Source of the DNA: Planctomycetota bacterium
Lineage (GTDB): Bacteria; Planctomycetota; UBA1135; UBA2386
Length of the DNA stretch: 64,000 bases
Direction of reading: 5' to 3'
Assembly: GCA_965223545.1 (NCBI GenBank)
Contig: OZ245006.1
Span: forward strand, 2,240,001 to 2,304,000
A program made the position numbers and the translations under genes. Each line of letters starts with the position of its first letter. Within the stretch, counting starts at the first letter, position 1. The notes under the pieces are model-generated. The model was not told where the DNA came from and did not search any database. It saw nothing but the letters and a program-made list of their open reading frames with translations. Below are positions 55,310 through 64,000 of the stretch, in pieces.

Positions 55310-57186
55310 CACTCCGCTCCCGGCAAGCCCAGCTCATCGGCAAGCGACTGCTGCACCTGTTGGACCGCGAACAGCTCCGCGTAGTAGCCGCGCCGCGCCA
55401 GCAGCTCGTCGTGCGTGCCGCGCTCGGTGACGCGGCCGTCCTCGAGCACCAGAATCTGATCGGCGTGCTGCACGGTCGCCAGGCGGTGCGCGACGATGAT
55501 CGTCGTGCACTCGCGCAGCACGGGCTCCAGCCGGCGCAGGATCTCCTCGGCGGTGCCGACATCGACCGCCGACAGGGTGTCGTCCAACAGCAGCAGACGG
55601 GGTCGGGTCAGCACCACCCGCGCCAACGAGGTGCGCTGCCGCTGGCCACCCGACAGGTTGACGCCGCGCTCGCCGAGCATGGTGTCGAGACCGCGCGGCA
55701 GCTGGCCGAGGTCGGTGCGCAGGCCGGCCACATCGACGGCGTCCTCGACCGCGGCACGATCGGCCGTGGGTTCGCCGAACCGCACGTTGTCGGCGAGCGT
55801 TGCACTGAACAAGAACGCGTCCTGCGGCGCCATGCCAACGGCGGCACGCAACCGCTCCAGAGGCAGCTCCACGAGATCGACACCATCGACGAAGATCTGC
55901 CCCGGCTTGACGTCGAGCTGCCGGGCGAGCGCGCGCAACAACGTCGTCTTGCCCGACCCCACCGGTCCGACCACCCCGACCGTGCTGCCCGCGGGAGCCG
56001 AGAAGGACACGTCGCGCAGCAGCACCCGGCCGCCGGGTTCGTCGCGCCCCGTCGATGCGTAGTCCTCACGCACCGCGCCGCTCAGTCCCCCGGCACGGTC
56101 GGGGGGCGGCAGCTCGACCGTCAGCCCATCGACGCGCAGCGCACCGCGCTCGATGCGCGCTGCGTCGCGGGCGTGGTGGTCGTCGATCTCCGGCTGCAGG
56201 TCGAGCAACTCGCCGATCCGCGCCAGTGCGGCCGCGCCGCGCTGCAGCGAGCTGAGCACGAACCCCAGCGTGCGCACCGGCACGGCCAGCATTCCCAAGT
56301 ACAGCACCATCGCCACGAGATCACCGACCGACACGCTGCCGGCGCGCACCAGCGGAGCTCCCGCGACCAACACGAGCAGCGTACTGAGGGACGCCAGCAC
56401 GCCCATCAGCGACAACAGCGAGGCGCGCGTGCGCGCCACCGAGAGCATCGTCGTGCTGTAGTCCTCGCAGATCTCCTCGAAGCGGGCGCGGTCCGGCCGC
56501 TCGAGCACCAAGCTCTTGATCACCCGATGGCCGCTCAAGCTCTCGTCGACCTTCGCCCCGATCCGGCCCAGCTTCTCCTGCCCGGCACGCGATCCCTCTT
56601 GCACGCGCCGCGCCAGGCCGTGGGCGAAGTACAAGAACACCGGAAACGGCAGCAAGCCGAGCGCGGCGAGGCCGGGATGCGCGACCACCATGAAGCCGAT
56701 GCCGACACCGAACAGCACCGCGGTCTCCACCAGGTACATGAAGACCGGGCCGAGCAGCCCCTGCACGTTCTGCATGTCGTTGACGCAGCGCGACATGATG
56801 TCGCCGGTGCGGTGACGGACGAAGAACGCGGGCGACAACCGTGCCAAGTGGGCGAACAGGTCAGTGCGCACGTCGTGCACCGCACGGCGGCTGTTGCCGA
56901 GCAGGGTGAGGCGGCTGGCGGTGCGCACGGCGGCCCCCAGCGCGGCGGCCGCGGCCATGGCGAGCGCCGCCCAGCCGATCCGCACGCGCAGCGCGGCGGC
57001 GCCTTCGCCAACCGCGTCATCCCCCGCCGGCACCTCGGCGGCGCGCAGCGCGTCGATCGAGTCGCCCAGCAAGTAGGGCACGGCAAACCGCAGCGCGACC
57101 GCGGCCACCACGCACACGGTCCCCACCGCGTAGCTGGCGCGGTAGCGGCGCACGTAGGGCAGCAGGCGGCGGAACTCGGACGCCAT
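55306..57186 (-). CDS. ABC exporter, MdlA-like half
   Basis: TMD plus GPVGSGKT, LSGGQRQR, degenerate LLLDDTLSAVD. Confidence 0.92.
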   Translation of the reverse strand: MASEFRRLLPYVRRYRASYAVGTVCVVAAVALRFAVPYLLGDSIDALRAAEVPAGDDAVGEGAAALRVRIGWAALAMAAAAALGAAVRTASRLTLLGNSRRAVHDVRTDLFAHLARLSPAFFVRHRTGDIMSRCVNDMQNVQGLLGPVFMYLVETAVLFGVGIGFMVVAHPGLAALGLLPFPVFLYFAHGLARRVQEGSRAGQEKLGRIGAKVDESLSGHRVIKSLVLERPDRARFEEICEDYSTTMLSVARTRASLLSLMGVLASLSTLLVLVAGAPLVRAGSVSVGDLVAMVLYLGMLAVPVRTLGFVLSSLQRGAAALARIGELLDLQPEIDDHHARDAARIERGALRVDGLTVELPPPDRAGGLSGAVREDYASTGRDEPGGRVLLRDVSFSAPAGSTVGVVGPVGSGKTTLLRALARQLDVKPGQIFVDGVDLVELPLERLRAAVGMAPQDAFLFSATLADNVRFGEPTADRAAVEDAVDVAGLRTDLGQLPRGLDTMLGERGVNLSGGQRQRTSLARVVLTRPRLLLLDDTLSAVDVGTAEEILRRLEPVLRECTTIIVAHRLATVQHADQILVLEDGRVTERGTHDELLARRGYYAELFAVQQVQQSLADELGLPGAEW

Positions 57187-57249
57187 GAGGGCGGAGCAGA
57201 ATACCGACACAGGCCGCGATCCCAAGGCGCGGCGCGCGGAGTGCACGAC

Positions 57250-58677
57250 TCAGCGCGGCGCGCGCAGCAACACTGCCCGTGCCAGACCGTCTTCGGACTC
57301 GACGTCGAACACGGTCGCCATCGGCGGTGCCAGGCTCGCGAGGATCGCGTCGAGCCAGGCGTTGCGCTGGAAGAGCACGGGCTTGCGCTGCCAGGTCAGC
57401 AGCGCGTGCGTCGCCCCGCGCGCGGCCAGGTGGTTCCACAGCAGCGGACCGTCCGCATCGGGCGGATCGGGTGAGAAGCCTCGCAAGTGGATCGCCGGCA
57501 CGCCGAGCGCGCGCGCGATGATGTCGCAGTCGTGACTGAGGACGACCGCGTCCGCGGGCAGCGGCCGCGCCCCGAGCTGGTCGAGGGCGAGCACGATGTC
57601 CGGCCTGCCGGTGACGTCTTCGCGCGACGCCAGGCACTTGTAGGGGCGGCGGATGTTGTCGATGCCGACGACGATCAGCGCAACGCACGCGAGCACGCGC
57701 ACCCAACGCGTGCCGTTGCAGATGACCGCGGCACAAAGCGCAGCGGCGGTGAAGTGCAGCGGGATGCCGTGGCGGTTGGCGAACAGCCACGGCCGGTCGT
57801 TGGCGGAGTCGGGGTAGGCGAGACAGGCCAGGGTGTGCGCCGCCGCCAGCATCCAGAACGGTGCCGCCTGCGGCGTCCGCCGCAGGGTCCACCCCGCCAG
57901 TAGCAGCGGCAAGGTCCAGTGCCGCAACGCGCGCGGCAGCGAGTCCCGGTGTGTCGGGTCCACCGCCACGCCCAGGCCTTCCAGCCAAAGGGGCTGCACT
58001 GCCGCGACGGCCACCAGGGCGACGAGCGGGGCGGCGCGGCGCATCCAGATCCAGGCCGGCGCGGTCGCGGGCCAAGCCCAGAGCCAAGGCAGGAGCAGCA
58101 CCGCGTTTTGCCAGCGCACGACCACCGCGACAGCCAGCAGCCCCAGCGCCATCCACGGCCGGCGCGCGACGACCGCGCCGATGACCGCGATGTTGGCGAG
58201 CAGGGACGGCGCGTCGGTGAGTGGCTGGGTCGCGACATGGCAAAGCCAGCGCGTCATCAGCGCCAGCGACACGCAGGTCGCCGCCAACCACGCCGGCACG
58301 CCGAACGCGCGCACCACCACGACGGTCCCCAACCAGACCGCGCCGATCAACGACAGCAGACTGACGACCGCGCCGGCGATCTCCGTGCGGCCGGTCGCCC
58401 AGTACAGCACCGCCAGCGGCGCCGGCCACCAGGTGCGGATCTCGGCCGGGCGCGGAAACTCGGCCGGCAGCGCTGGGCCGCGCCGGTCGGCGAGGCTGTT
58501 CCAGCCCTCGCCGTCGAACCATCGCTCGGCGACGCTGCAGTACAGCGCAGCGTCCTGCTCGATGAAGCCGGTGCGGCCGATCGCCGGTCCCAGCGTCACC
58601 GCCAAGTAGACCGAGACCAGCAGCAGCACGAGCAAGCCCGGGCGATCGAGACCGGTCACCGCGGACAGAGGGCGCAT
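57250..58677 (-). CDS. Polytopic membrane protein, possible GT-C-fold glycosyltransferase
   Basis: TM then EQDAALY loop, many TM segments; start uncertain (58677-58746). Confidence 0.55.
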   Translation of the reverse strand: MRPLSAVTGLDRPGLLVLLLVSVYLAVTLGPAIGRTGFIEQDAALYCSVAERWFDGEGWNSLADRRGPALPAEFPRPAEIRTWWPAPLAVLYWATGRTEIAGAVVSLLSLIGAVWLGTVVVVRAFGVPAWLAATCVSLALMTRWLCHVATQPLTDAPSLLANIAVIGAVVARRPWMALGLLAVAVVVRWQNAVLLLPWLWAWPATAPAWIWMRRAAPLVALVAVAAVQPLWLEGLGVAVDPTHRDSLPRALRHWTLPLLLAGWTLRRTPQAAPFWMLAAAHTLACLAYPDSANDRPWLFANRHGIPLHFTAAALCAAVICNGTRWVRVLACVALIVVGIDNIRRPYKCLASREDVTGRPDIVLALDQLGARPLPADAVVLSHDCDIIARALGVPAIHLRGFSPDPPDADGPLLWNHLAARGATHALLTWQRKPVLFQRNAWLDAILASLAPPMATVFDVESEDGLARAVLLRAPR

Positions 58678-58785
58678 CGGCGCGCCATTCGAGGGCATCG
58701 ACGACGGCGGCGAAACCCCGAGCCGACAAACAACACCGGGAGACATGGACTCGGCAAATGCCAGCGGGCAGCATGCGTTCCGCCC

Positions 58786-61623
58786 GTGCCACACTCCTCG
58801 CCGGCTCCTCCACGACCCCAGCCCGGCTGGGCGATCCTGATCTGCTTCGCGGCCTCGGGCGCCGCGGCTCTGGTGTACGAGGTGTGCTGGCTGCGACTGG
58901 CGGGTCTCGCGTTCGGCTCGACGCATGCTGCGTTGGCCACGGTGCTGGCGGTCTTTTTCGCCGGCATCGCGCTGGGCAGCTGGGGGTTTGGCCGCTGGTC
59001 GCAGAAGCTGCGCTCCCCGCTGCGCGCCTATGCAGCGATCGAGCTGGCACTGGCCGCCCTGGCGCTGGCCAGCCCCTGGGCGTTCGCCGCGGCCGAGACC
59101 GGCTACGGCGCCGTCGTCGCCGGCACTGATACCGCCGACGACCCCACCTGGACGCGGATGCTGATCGTCGCGGTCCTGCTGCTGCCGCCGACCGTGCTGA
59201 TGGGCGGCACGTTTCCCTTGTTCTGCGCCAAGTTTGCCACTGCGCGGATCGCCGGGTCGCTCGGCCGGTTGTATGCCTGCAACACATTGGGGGCAGCGCT
59301 GGGCTGTGCGCTCACGGGGTTCGTGCTGCTGCCAGTGCTCGGCACCCGTGCCGCGATCGCCTGCGGCGCCGCGCTCAGCGCCGCCGCAGGCCTGGGCGCG
59401 TTCTGGTTGGACCGCGCAGCGGCGCTCCCGAGCGACGCGGAGCGAGACGACGACGACGCGCCCGCCATGGCCACCGACGGTCCCTCGAGCGCCGCTGTTC
59501 GCGTTCCCGCCTGGCTTGTCGGTGCCTTTGCAGGCAGCGGCTTCGTCACGGTTGGCCTGCAAGTCGTGTGGGCGCGCCACCTCGGCCTGCTGGTGCACAA
59601 CACCGTGCACACCACCACGCTGACGCTCACCACCGTACTGACCGGCATCGTGATCGGCAGCTGGATCGCCACGCGCTGGTTCGACGCCGTCCGCCACCCG
59701 CGGCTGTGGCTCGCCGGCCTGCTGCTGGCGCTCGGCGCGATCGTGCAGCTCCTGCTCGCGCTCCCGCCGACCGCCTGGCGCGCGCTGCGCCCCGAGCTGT
59801 GCGCGTACGCGCTCCTGATGCTGCCGCCGATGATCCTCGCCGGCGCTGCCTTTCCGCTCGGGCTGCGGCTGGCGATTCCCGACCCGCGGCACGCGGGCTC
59901 GGCGAGTGGTCGGTGGACCGCGGTCAACACCGCCGGCGGCATCATCGGCGCCGTCGCCACCGGCTTCGTCGCGCTGCCCACGCTCGGGTTGGCCGGCACC
60001 ACATGGTTGCTGACCGCCACTGCCACGGTCTTGGCACTGTGGATCTGGTGGTCGGCGCCGGAACGGCACCAAAGAGCGGCGGTCGTGGCCGGTCTCGCGC
60101 TGCTGGCGATCTGGGCCGGGGCGCCGGCAGTGCTCGGCACGCGCGTTCCGCAGGACTTCTTGGCACCGCGGGACGCGCTGATCGCGCACGTCGAGGGCCG
60201 CACCGCCAACCTCGCCGTCACCCGCTACGACGGCGTCCGACAGCTCGACATCGACCGCTGGTGGCAGGGCAGCAACGAGCGCAACCACCAGGTCATGGCG
60301 GCCCATGTCCCGATGCTCCTCCACCCGTCGCCGGAAAAGGTACTGGTGGTCGGCCTCGGCACCGGACAGGCGCCAGCGGCCTTCGCCCGCTGGCAACCGG
60401 AGCGCCTGGACGTCGTCGACATCGAGCCCGCGCTGTTCGACTTCGTGCCGCGCTTCTTCCACGCCGACTGGATGCAGGCTGAAGGCGTGCGCCTGCTGCG
60501 GACCGACGGCCGCCACTACCTGGCGCACACCGCAACGCGCTACGACGTGATCTCGATCGAGATCGGCCAGCTGTTTCGGCCCGGGGCGGCGGCGTTCTAC
60601 AGCGCCGAGTTCTACGAGCATGCGGTACAGCGCCTGCGACCGGGCGGGATCCTGTGCCAGTTCGTGCCGCTGGCGTTCTTGCCGCCGGAGGCGCTCCGCG
60701 CGCTGCTGCGCACCTTCCTCGACGCGCTGCCGCACGCGCAGCTCTGGTACAACACGCAAGAGCTGCTGCTGCTGGGAACGCGCGATGCGCCGATCGTCCT
60801 CGACATCGCGCAGCTGCGCACTCGGCTGCAGAGCCCCCGGCTCGGCACCGACCTCGACTACGCCCATTGGGGCGGCCCGGCGTGGGCCGTGCGCCAGCCC
60901 GAAGTCTTCCTCGCCGGCTATCTCTGCGGCAGCCCGGGGCTGGCGCGCCTGGCGCCCGCCGGTACGCCGCAGCTGCGCGACGACCGCCCGCTGCTCGAAA
61001 CCATCGCCGCCGGCGTCGAGCAGAGCGCCCGCATGGAGCTGCAGTCGGTGCCCCTGCTGCGCGCGGCGCTCGATCCAATCGCGACGGTGGCTTCTGGCGC
61101 GAGCGCCGAGACCCTGGCGGCGGCAACCGAGCGGCGATCGACCCACCTCGATGACCTGGAGGCGCGCGCCCACCTCCGGCTGGCACGCCTACATCAGCGG
61201 GCCGGCGCGCTCGACGCCGCGGCCACAGCGCTTGACCAAGCGATCGCGGCCAACGCCGACGACATCGCGGTGCTCCGCGCCCTCGGTGACCTCCGCGGCC
61301 AGCGCGACGACCACGCTGGCACCGCCGAGGCCTACCGCCGCGCGCTGCGGCTGGACCCCGACGACGCCGGCAGCCGCCGCGGGCTCGGCCTCGCGCTGCT
61401 CCAAGCAGGTGCGGTCCCGGAAGCTGTGGAGCACCTGCGCCACGCAGTCGACCTACGGCCCGAGGACGCGGTCGCGCACAACTACCTCGGCGCGGCGCTG
61501 GCGCGCACCGGCGCGCTGCAGGAGGCGGTGCGCCACGTCGAGCGCGCGCTCGAGCTGCGGCCCGGCTATCCTTCGGCGGTCACGCACCGAGAGCACCTCC
61601 AACGCGCGCTGACTGGACGGTGA
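58786..61623 (+). CDS. Fused membrane / spermidine-synthase-like SAM-dependent domain protein with TPRs
   Basis: SGAAALVYEV, LYACNTLGA, VLVVGLGTG, DIEP, DGRHYL, C-terminal TPRs. Confidence 0.85.
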   Translation: MPHSSPAPPRPQPGWAILICFAASGAAALVYEVCWLRLAGLAFGSTHAALATVLAVFFAGIALGSWGFGRWSQKLRSPLRAYAAIELALAALALASPWAFAAAETGYGAVVAGTDTADDPTWTRMLIVAVLLLPPTVLMGGTFPLFCAKFATARIAGSLGRLYACNTLGAALGCALTGFVLLPVLGTRAAIACGAALSAAAGLGAFWLDRAAALPSDAERDDDDAPAMATDGPSSAAVRVPAWLVGAFAGSGFVTVGLQVVWARHLGLLVHNTVHTTTLTLTTVLTGIVIGSWIATRWFDAVRHPRLWLAGLLLALGAIVQLLLALPPTAWRALRPELCAYALLMLPPMILAGAAFPLGLRLAIPDPRHAGSASGRWTAVNTAGGIIGAVATGFVALPTLGLAGTTWLLTATATVLALWIWWSAPERHQRAAVVAGLALLAIWAGAPAVLGTRVPQDFLAPRDALIAHVEGRTANLAVTRYDGVRQLDIDRWWQGSNERNHQVMAAHVPMLLHPSPEKVLVVGLGTGQAPAAFARWQPERLDVVDIEPALFDFVPRFFHADWMQAEGVRLLRTDGRHYLAHTATRYDVISIEIGQLFRPGAAAFYSAEFYEHAVQRLRPGGILCQFVPLAFLPPEALRALLRTFLDALPHAQLWYNTQELLLLGTRDAPIVLDIAQLRTRLQSPRLGTDLDYAHWGGPAWAVRQPEVFLAGYLCGSPGLARLAPAGTPQLRDDRPLLETIAAGVEQSARMELQSVPLLRAALDPIATVASGASAETLAAATERRSTHLDDLEARAHLRLARLHQRAGALDAAATALDQAIAANADDIAVLRALGDLRGQRDDHAGTAEAYRRALRLDPDDAGSRRGLGLALLQAGAVPEAVEHLRHAVDLRPEDAVAHNYLGAALARTGALQEAVRHVERALELRPGYPSAVTHREHLQRALTGR

Positions 61624-61636
61624 AGGCGACGCCTGA

Positions 61637-62689
61637 TCAGAGTCCGGCGAAGCCGACCGCGTCGGTCAGCTGCACCTGCATCGCCTGACTGACCACCGCG
61701 GCCTGCACCCAGAACGAGCGCAGCGCCGGTGGAATCGCGCGCATCGGAAACGGCCCCACCGTGCCGAAGCCGTTCGGGTCGAGGACGATCGCTCCCAGCT
61801 GCAGTGGGAACGGTGGCGCGAGCCCCAGGTACCAGTGGTCGTTGGGCGCACCGATGCAGCAGAACGGAGTCGGCAGCTGGGTCGGCGACAGGTAGACCAG
61901 GGCAAAGGGGAAGGTCGCGCTGGCAGCGTGCACGCTCAGGCCGAACTCGTCGCCACGCGCCGCCTCGGGAAAGAGGCTTTCGGGGCCGTACAGATCTTCT
62001 GGCGGATTGCCGTAGGCGCTGCTGCGCACGAAGCCCTGCAGCACGGAACCGGCGAACAGCGGCGAGACCGCCAGCGTGTCCAGGGTGCGCCCTCCCAACG
62101 GCACAGCTGCGGAGGTCCCGGCTGGCCGCTCGAACGCCCACACCGCGCCGGCGCGCGCTGCGGGCACCCGCGGCCGCAACGGGTCGTTGGGCAAGTTGAG
62201 CTGCGCCTGTACCGACAGGCCGTCGCTCTGCGGCCAACCCGAGGCCGCCGGCAACGAGACGACCACGCCGAAATGGTCGGGCATCCGCACAGGCAGCCCG
62301 ATCGTCATGGTGAACTGAAACGCGTTGCCCCCGCCGGGCGGTGGGAAGCCGAACGCGAAGAACGAGCGCGACGTCAGAAGCCCAGCTGGCGACAGGTCGG
62401 GATCGACGCCATTGGCCGCGAAGCGCACCGCGCTGATCGTCAGCCGCTCCAACGTCAGCGGGTCCTCGTCCTGAAGGGTGACGTCGAAGCCGACCAAATC
62501 GTGGCGGCCGGTCACCTGCAGCGGCGGCTGCATCATGATCAGCTCAGTCGCCGCGGCACCCGCGGCACCCCGCGTCACCGCGTTGTGCTTGCCGTTCCAG
62601 AACGGCTTGGACTTGGGGCCGTGCGCGGCGCTGAAGCCGGCGATGGCACAGCTCGCGACCACCCACAGAAACGCCGTACTCCGCCGCAT
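61637..62689 (-). CDS. Secreted hypothetical protein with shared C-terminal domain
   Basis: AAGGAGG RBS, signal peptide, C-terminal SFWVQAAVV...LTDAV. Confidence 0.75.
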   Translation of the reverse strand: MRRSTAFLWVVASCAIAGFSAAHGPKSKPFWNGKHNAVTRGAAGAAATELIMMQPPLQVTGRHDLVGFDVTLQDEDPLTLERLTISAVRFAANGVDPDLSPAGLLTSRSFFAFGFPPPGGGNAFQFTMTIGLPVRMPDHFGVVVSLPAASGWPQSDGLSVQAQLNLPNDPLRPRVPAARAGAVWAFERPAGTSAAVPLGGRTLDTLAVSPLFAGSVLQGFVRSSAYGNPPEDLYGPESLFPEAARGDEFGLSVHAASATFPFALVYLSPTQLPTPFCCIGAPNDHWYLGLAPPFPLQLGAIVLDPNGFGTVGPFPMRAIPPALRSFWVQAAVVSQAMQVQLTDAVGFAGL

Positions 62690-62705
62690 GGCGACCTCCT
62701 TGGAA

Positions 62706-63878
62706 TCAGCGGTACTCGATCACCGGACCCAGTCCGAACGTTCCCGTCGTCCCGGTGACCGCCGTCGTGCTTCCCGCGCCCTCGGCCCACACGGTCCGCA
62801 GCCCGAACGGCTGCCCCGTACCGACGTAGGTCGGCGTCTGCACCATCACCGGCGCCGACACCGCGTAGTCCTGCGTGTGCACGTCGAAGTTGAGCTCCTG
62901 GATCCAGAACTTGAAGCCGATGAACGCCGGTGAGTAGTTGACCGACCAGAACGGACCACCAGCGGTCGGCCATCGCGCCTGCCCGTACTCGTTGGAGCCG
63001 GTGATGCCGAAGAAGATCTGCGTGGTCAGGTCGAGGTCGATCGTCCCACAGCCGTTGAAGCTCGGCGGCAAGGTGCTGACCGGGAACCCCTGACCGAAGC
63101 CGACGATGTCGAGGGCGCCGAACAAGAAGCCGCGGCTGTGGTGCTCGGCGTGGTGCCTCGTGGCGTGGAAGTTCAAGCGGTTGGTGCTCGGATCGACGCT
63201 CAACGAGGGCCGCAGCTCGATCGCCGGCGACCAGCGACGCGGCGAGAAGCAGCGGCTCCCGGCCGACAGCCACGCCGCCTCGGTCGAGTTGGTCATCGCG
63301 TCGAGGTCGCGCGTCGCCTGGGTCAGGCGGTTCGGGTCCATCAGATCGTTCTTCCAATGCACGACCTGCATGACCAGCGAGCCGTTGGCGGCGTTGTAGG
63401 GAAACGGCGTCGCCAAGCGGATGCGGTAGCCGAACGGCTCGGGGAACGTCGCGTTGAACTGCTGCGCGCCGAACAGCACCGGCTGCCGTGGCAGCACCAG
63501 GGTCGCGTCAGCGCCCAGGTTGTTGGCAAACGTGGTCGACGCCGAGGCCGCGGTGTTGCCCGAGGTCGCCAGGGTGACCTCGATCTCCGAGAAGAAGGAC
63601 TGCAACGTCAGCTCCGGGAGGATCGCGCCATCGCGGCGGAAGCGCAGCTCGCTGATCGTGCCGTTGAAGGTCGACGGCAGATCGCTGATCAGCTGCATGC
63701 GGAACTCGGACGCGCCCGGGGTCTGATCAGGATTGGCCCACCACGGAGCGCCGCCGCGGTGGTCGCCGACCGAGGTCTCGCCCTCGGCCGTCGCCGCGGC
63801 AGTGGGGAACACCAGCGGCTGCGCCGCGCACGGCACCGCGGCGCACAGCAGCGCCCAGATTGAACGAATCGTCATCAC
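62706..63878 (-). CDS. Secreted hypothetical protein, distant relative of the 43758 and 44860 genes
   Basis: AAGGAG RBS; LRFRRDG...EIEVTLA...TFANN...VLPRQPV matches the FRRDG...FAAN/FANN segment of the paralogs. Confidence 0.78.
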   Translation of the reverse strand: MMTIRSIWALLCAAVPCAAQPLVFPTAAATAEGETSVGDHRGGAPWWANPDQTPGASEFRMQLISDLPSTFNGTISELRFRRDGAILPELTLQSFFSEIEVTLATSGNTAASASTTFANNLGADATLVLPRQPVLFGAQQFNATFPEPFGYRIRLATPFPYNAANGSLVMQVVHWKNDLMDPNRLTQATRDLDAMTNSTEAAWLSAGSRCFSPRRWSPAIELRPSLSVDPSTNRLNFHATRHHAEHHSRGFLFGALDIVGFGQGFPVSTLPPSFNGCGTIDLDLTTQIFFGITGSNEYGQARWPTAGGPFWSVNYSPAFIGFKFWIQELNFDVHTQDYAVSAPVMVQTPTYVGTGQPFGLRTVWAEGAGSTTAVTGTTGTFGLGPVIEYR

Positions 63879-63885
63879 ACTCTCC

Positions 63886-64000
63886 TTACGGGTTCGTCAC
63901 GTGCACGCTCGGGTTGGACAAGTTGACCCCGACGCCATTGGACGTCAGCGCCTGCCAGTAGGTCGGCACGAACGGTGTCACCCCCGCCGCCGGGTAGTTG
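63886..64000 (-). CDS. 3' end of a gene entering from beyond the window; shared C-terminal motif
   Basis: NYPAAGVTPFVPTYWQALTSNGVGVNLSNPSVHVTNP*; TAA at 63886-63888 overlaps the next gene's RBS. Confidence 0.6.
   Translation of the reverse strand, partial: NYPAAGVTPFVPTYWQALTSNGVGVNLSNPSVHVTNP

Noticed and set aside
49868..57186. Lanthipeptide/RiPP biosynthetic cluster (LanC-like plus ABC exporters plus sugar enzymes)
   Set aside because: No dehydratase or precursor peptide is visible, the genes are in conflicting orientations, and the exporters look like a generic MdlAB pair without a C39 peptidase domain.

Overview
High-GC bacterial chromosome segment. The gene style (ECF sigma factor with Ser/Thr kinases, many secreted proteins) suggests a Planctomycetota-type lineage; this is inference. 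Most of the window is ordinary accessory or housekeeping content: two S8 peptidases, an M12B protease, a divergent EF-G, a putative selenate/phosphonate-type ABC importer with a LysR, BlaI/M56, glyA, a two-component system, three Ser/Thr kinases, a di-heme peroxidase, LpoB-type lipoproteins, DegT and Gfo/Idh/MocA enzymes, a LanC-like protein and an ABC exporter pair. The standout locus is 15.1-20.8 kb. There an HUH/Y1 RAYT-like transposase sits next to a tandem array of ~174-bp linkers and a 62-nt strand-specific hairpin. Filled and empty sites within the window show that each hairpin carries an inverted copy of its own 5' flank plus a ~10-nt direct target duplication. Two of the three hairpins are independently invaded, at GATG|GTG, by near-identical 2033-nt class C-like group II introns in inverted orientation with non-canonical U...GC termini. 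Other notable items: a selenocysteine (in-frame UGA plus SECIS-like hairpin) peroxiredoxin split by the ORF track, a C-terminal domain shared by about 9 secreted proteins, a mirror-image strand composition skew centred on the RAYT array, and a second dispersed palindromic repeat.
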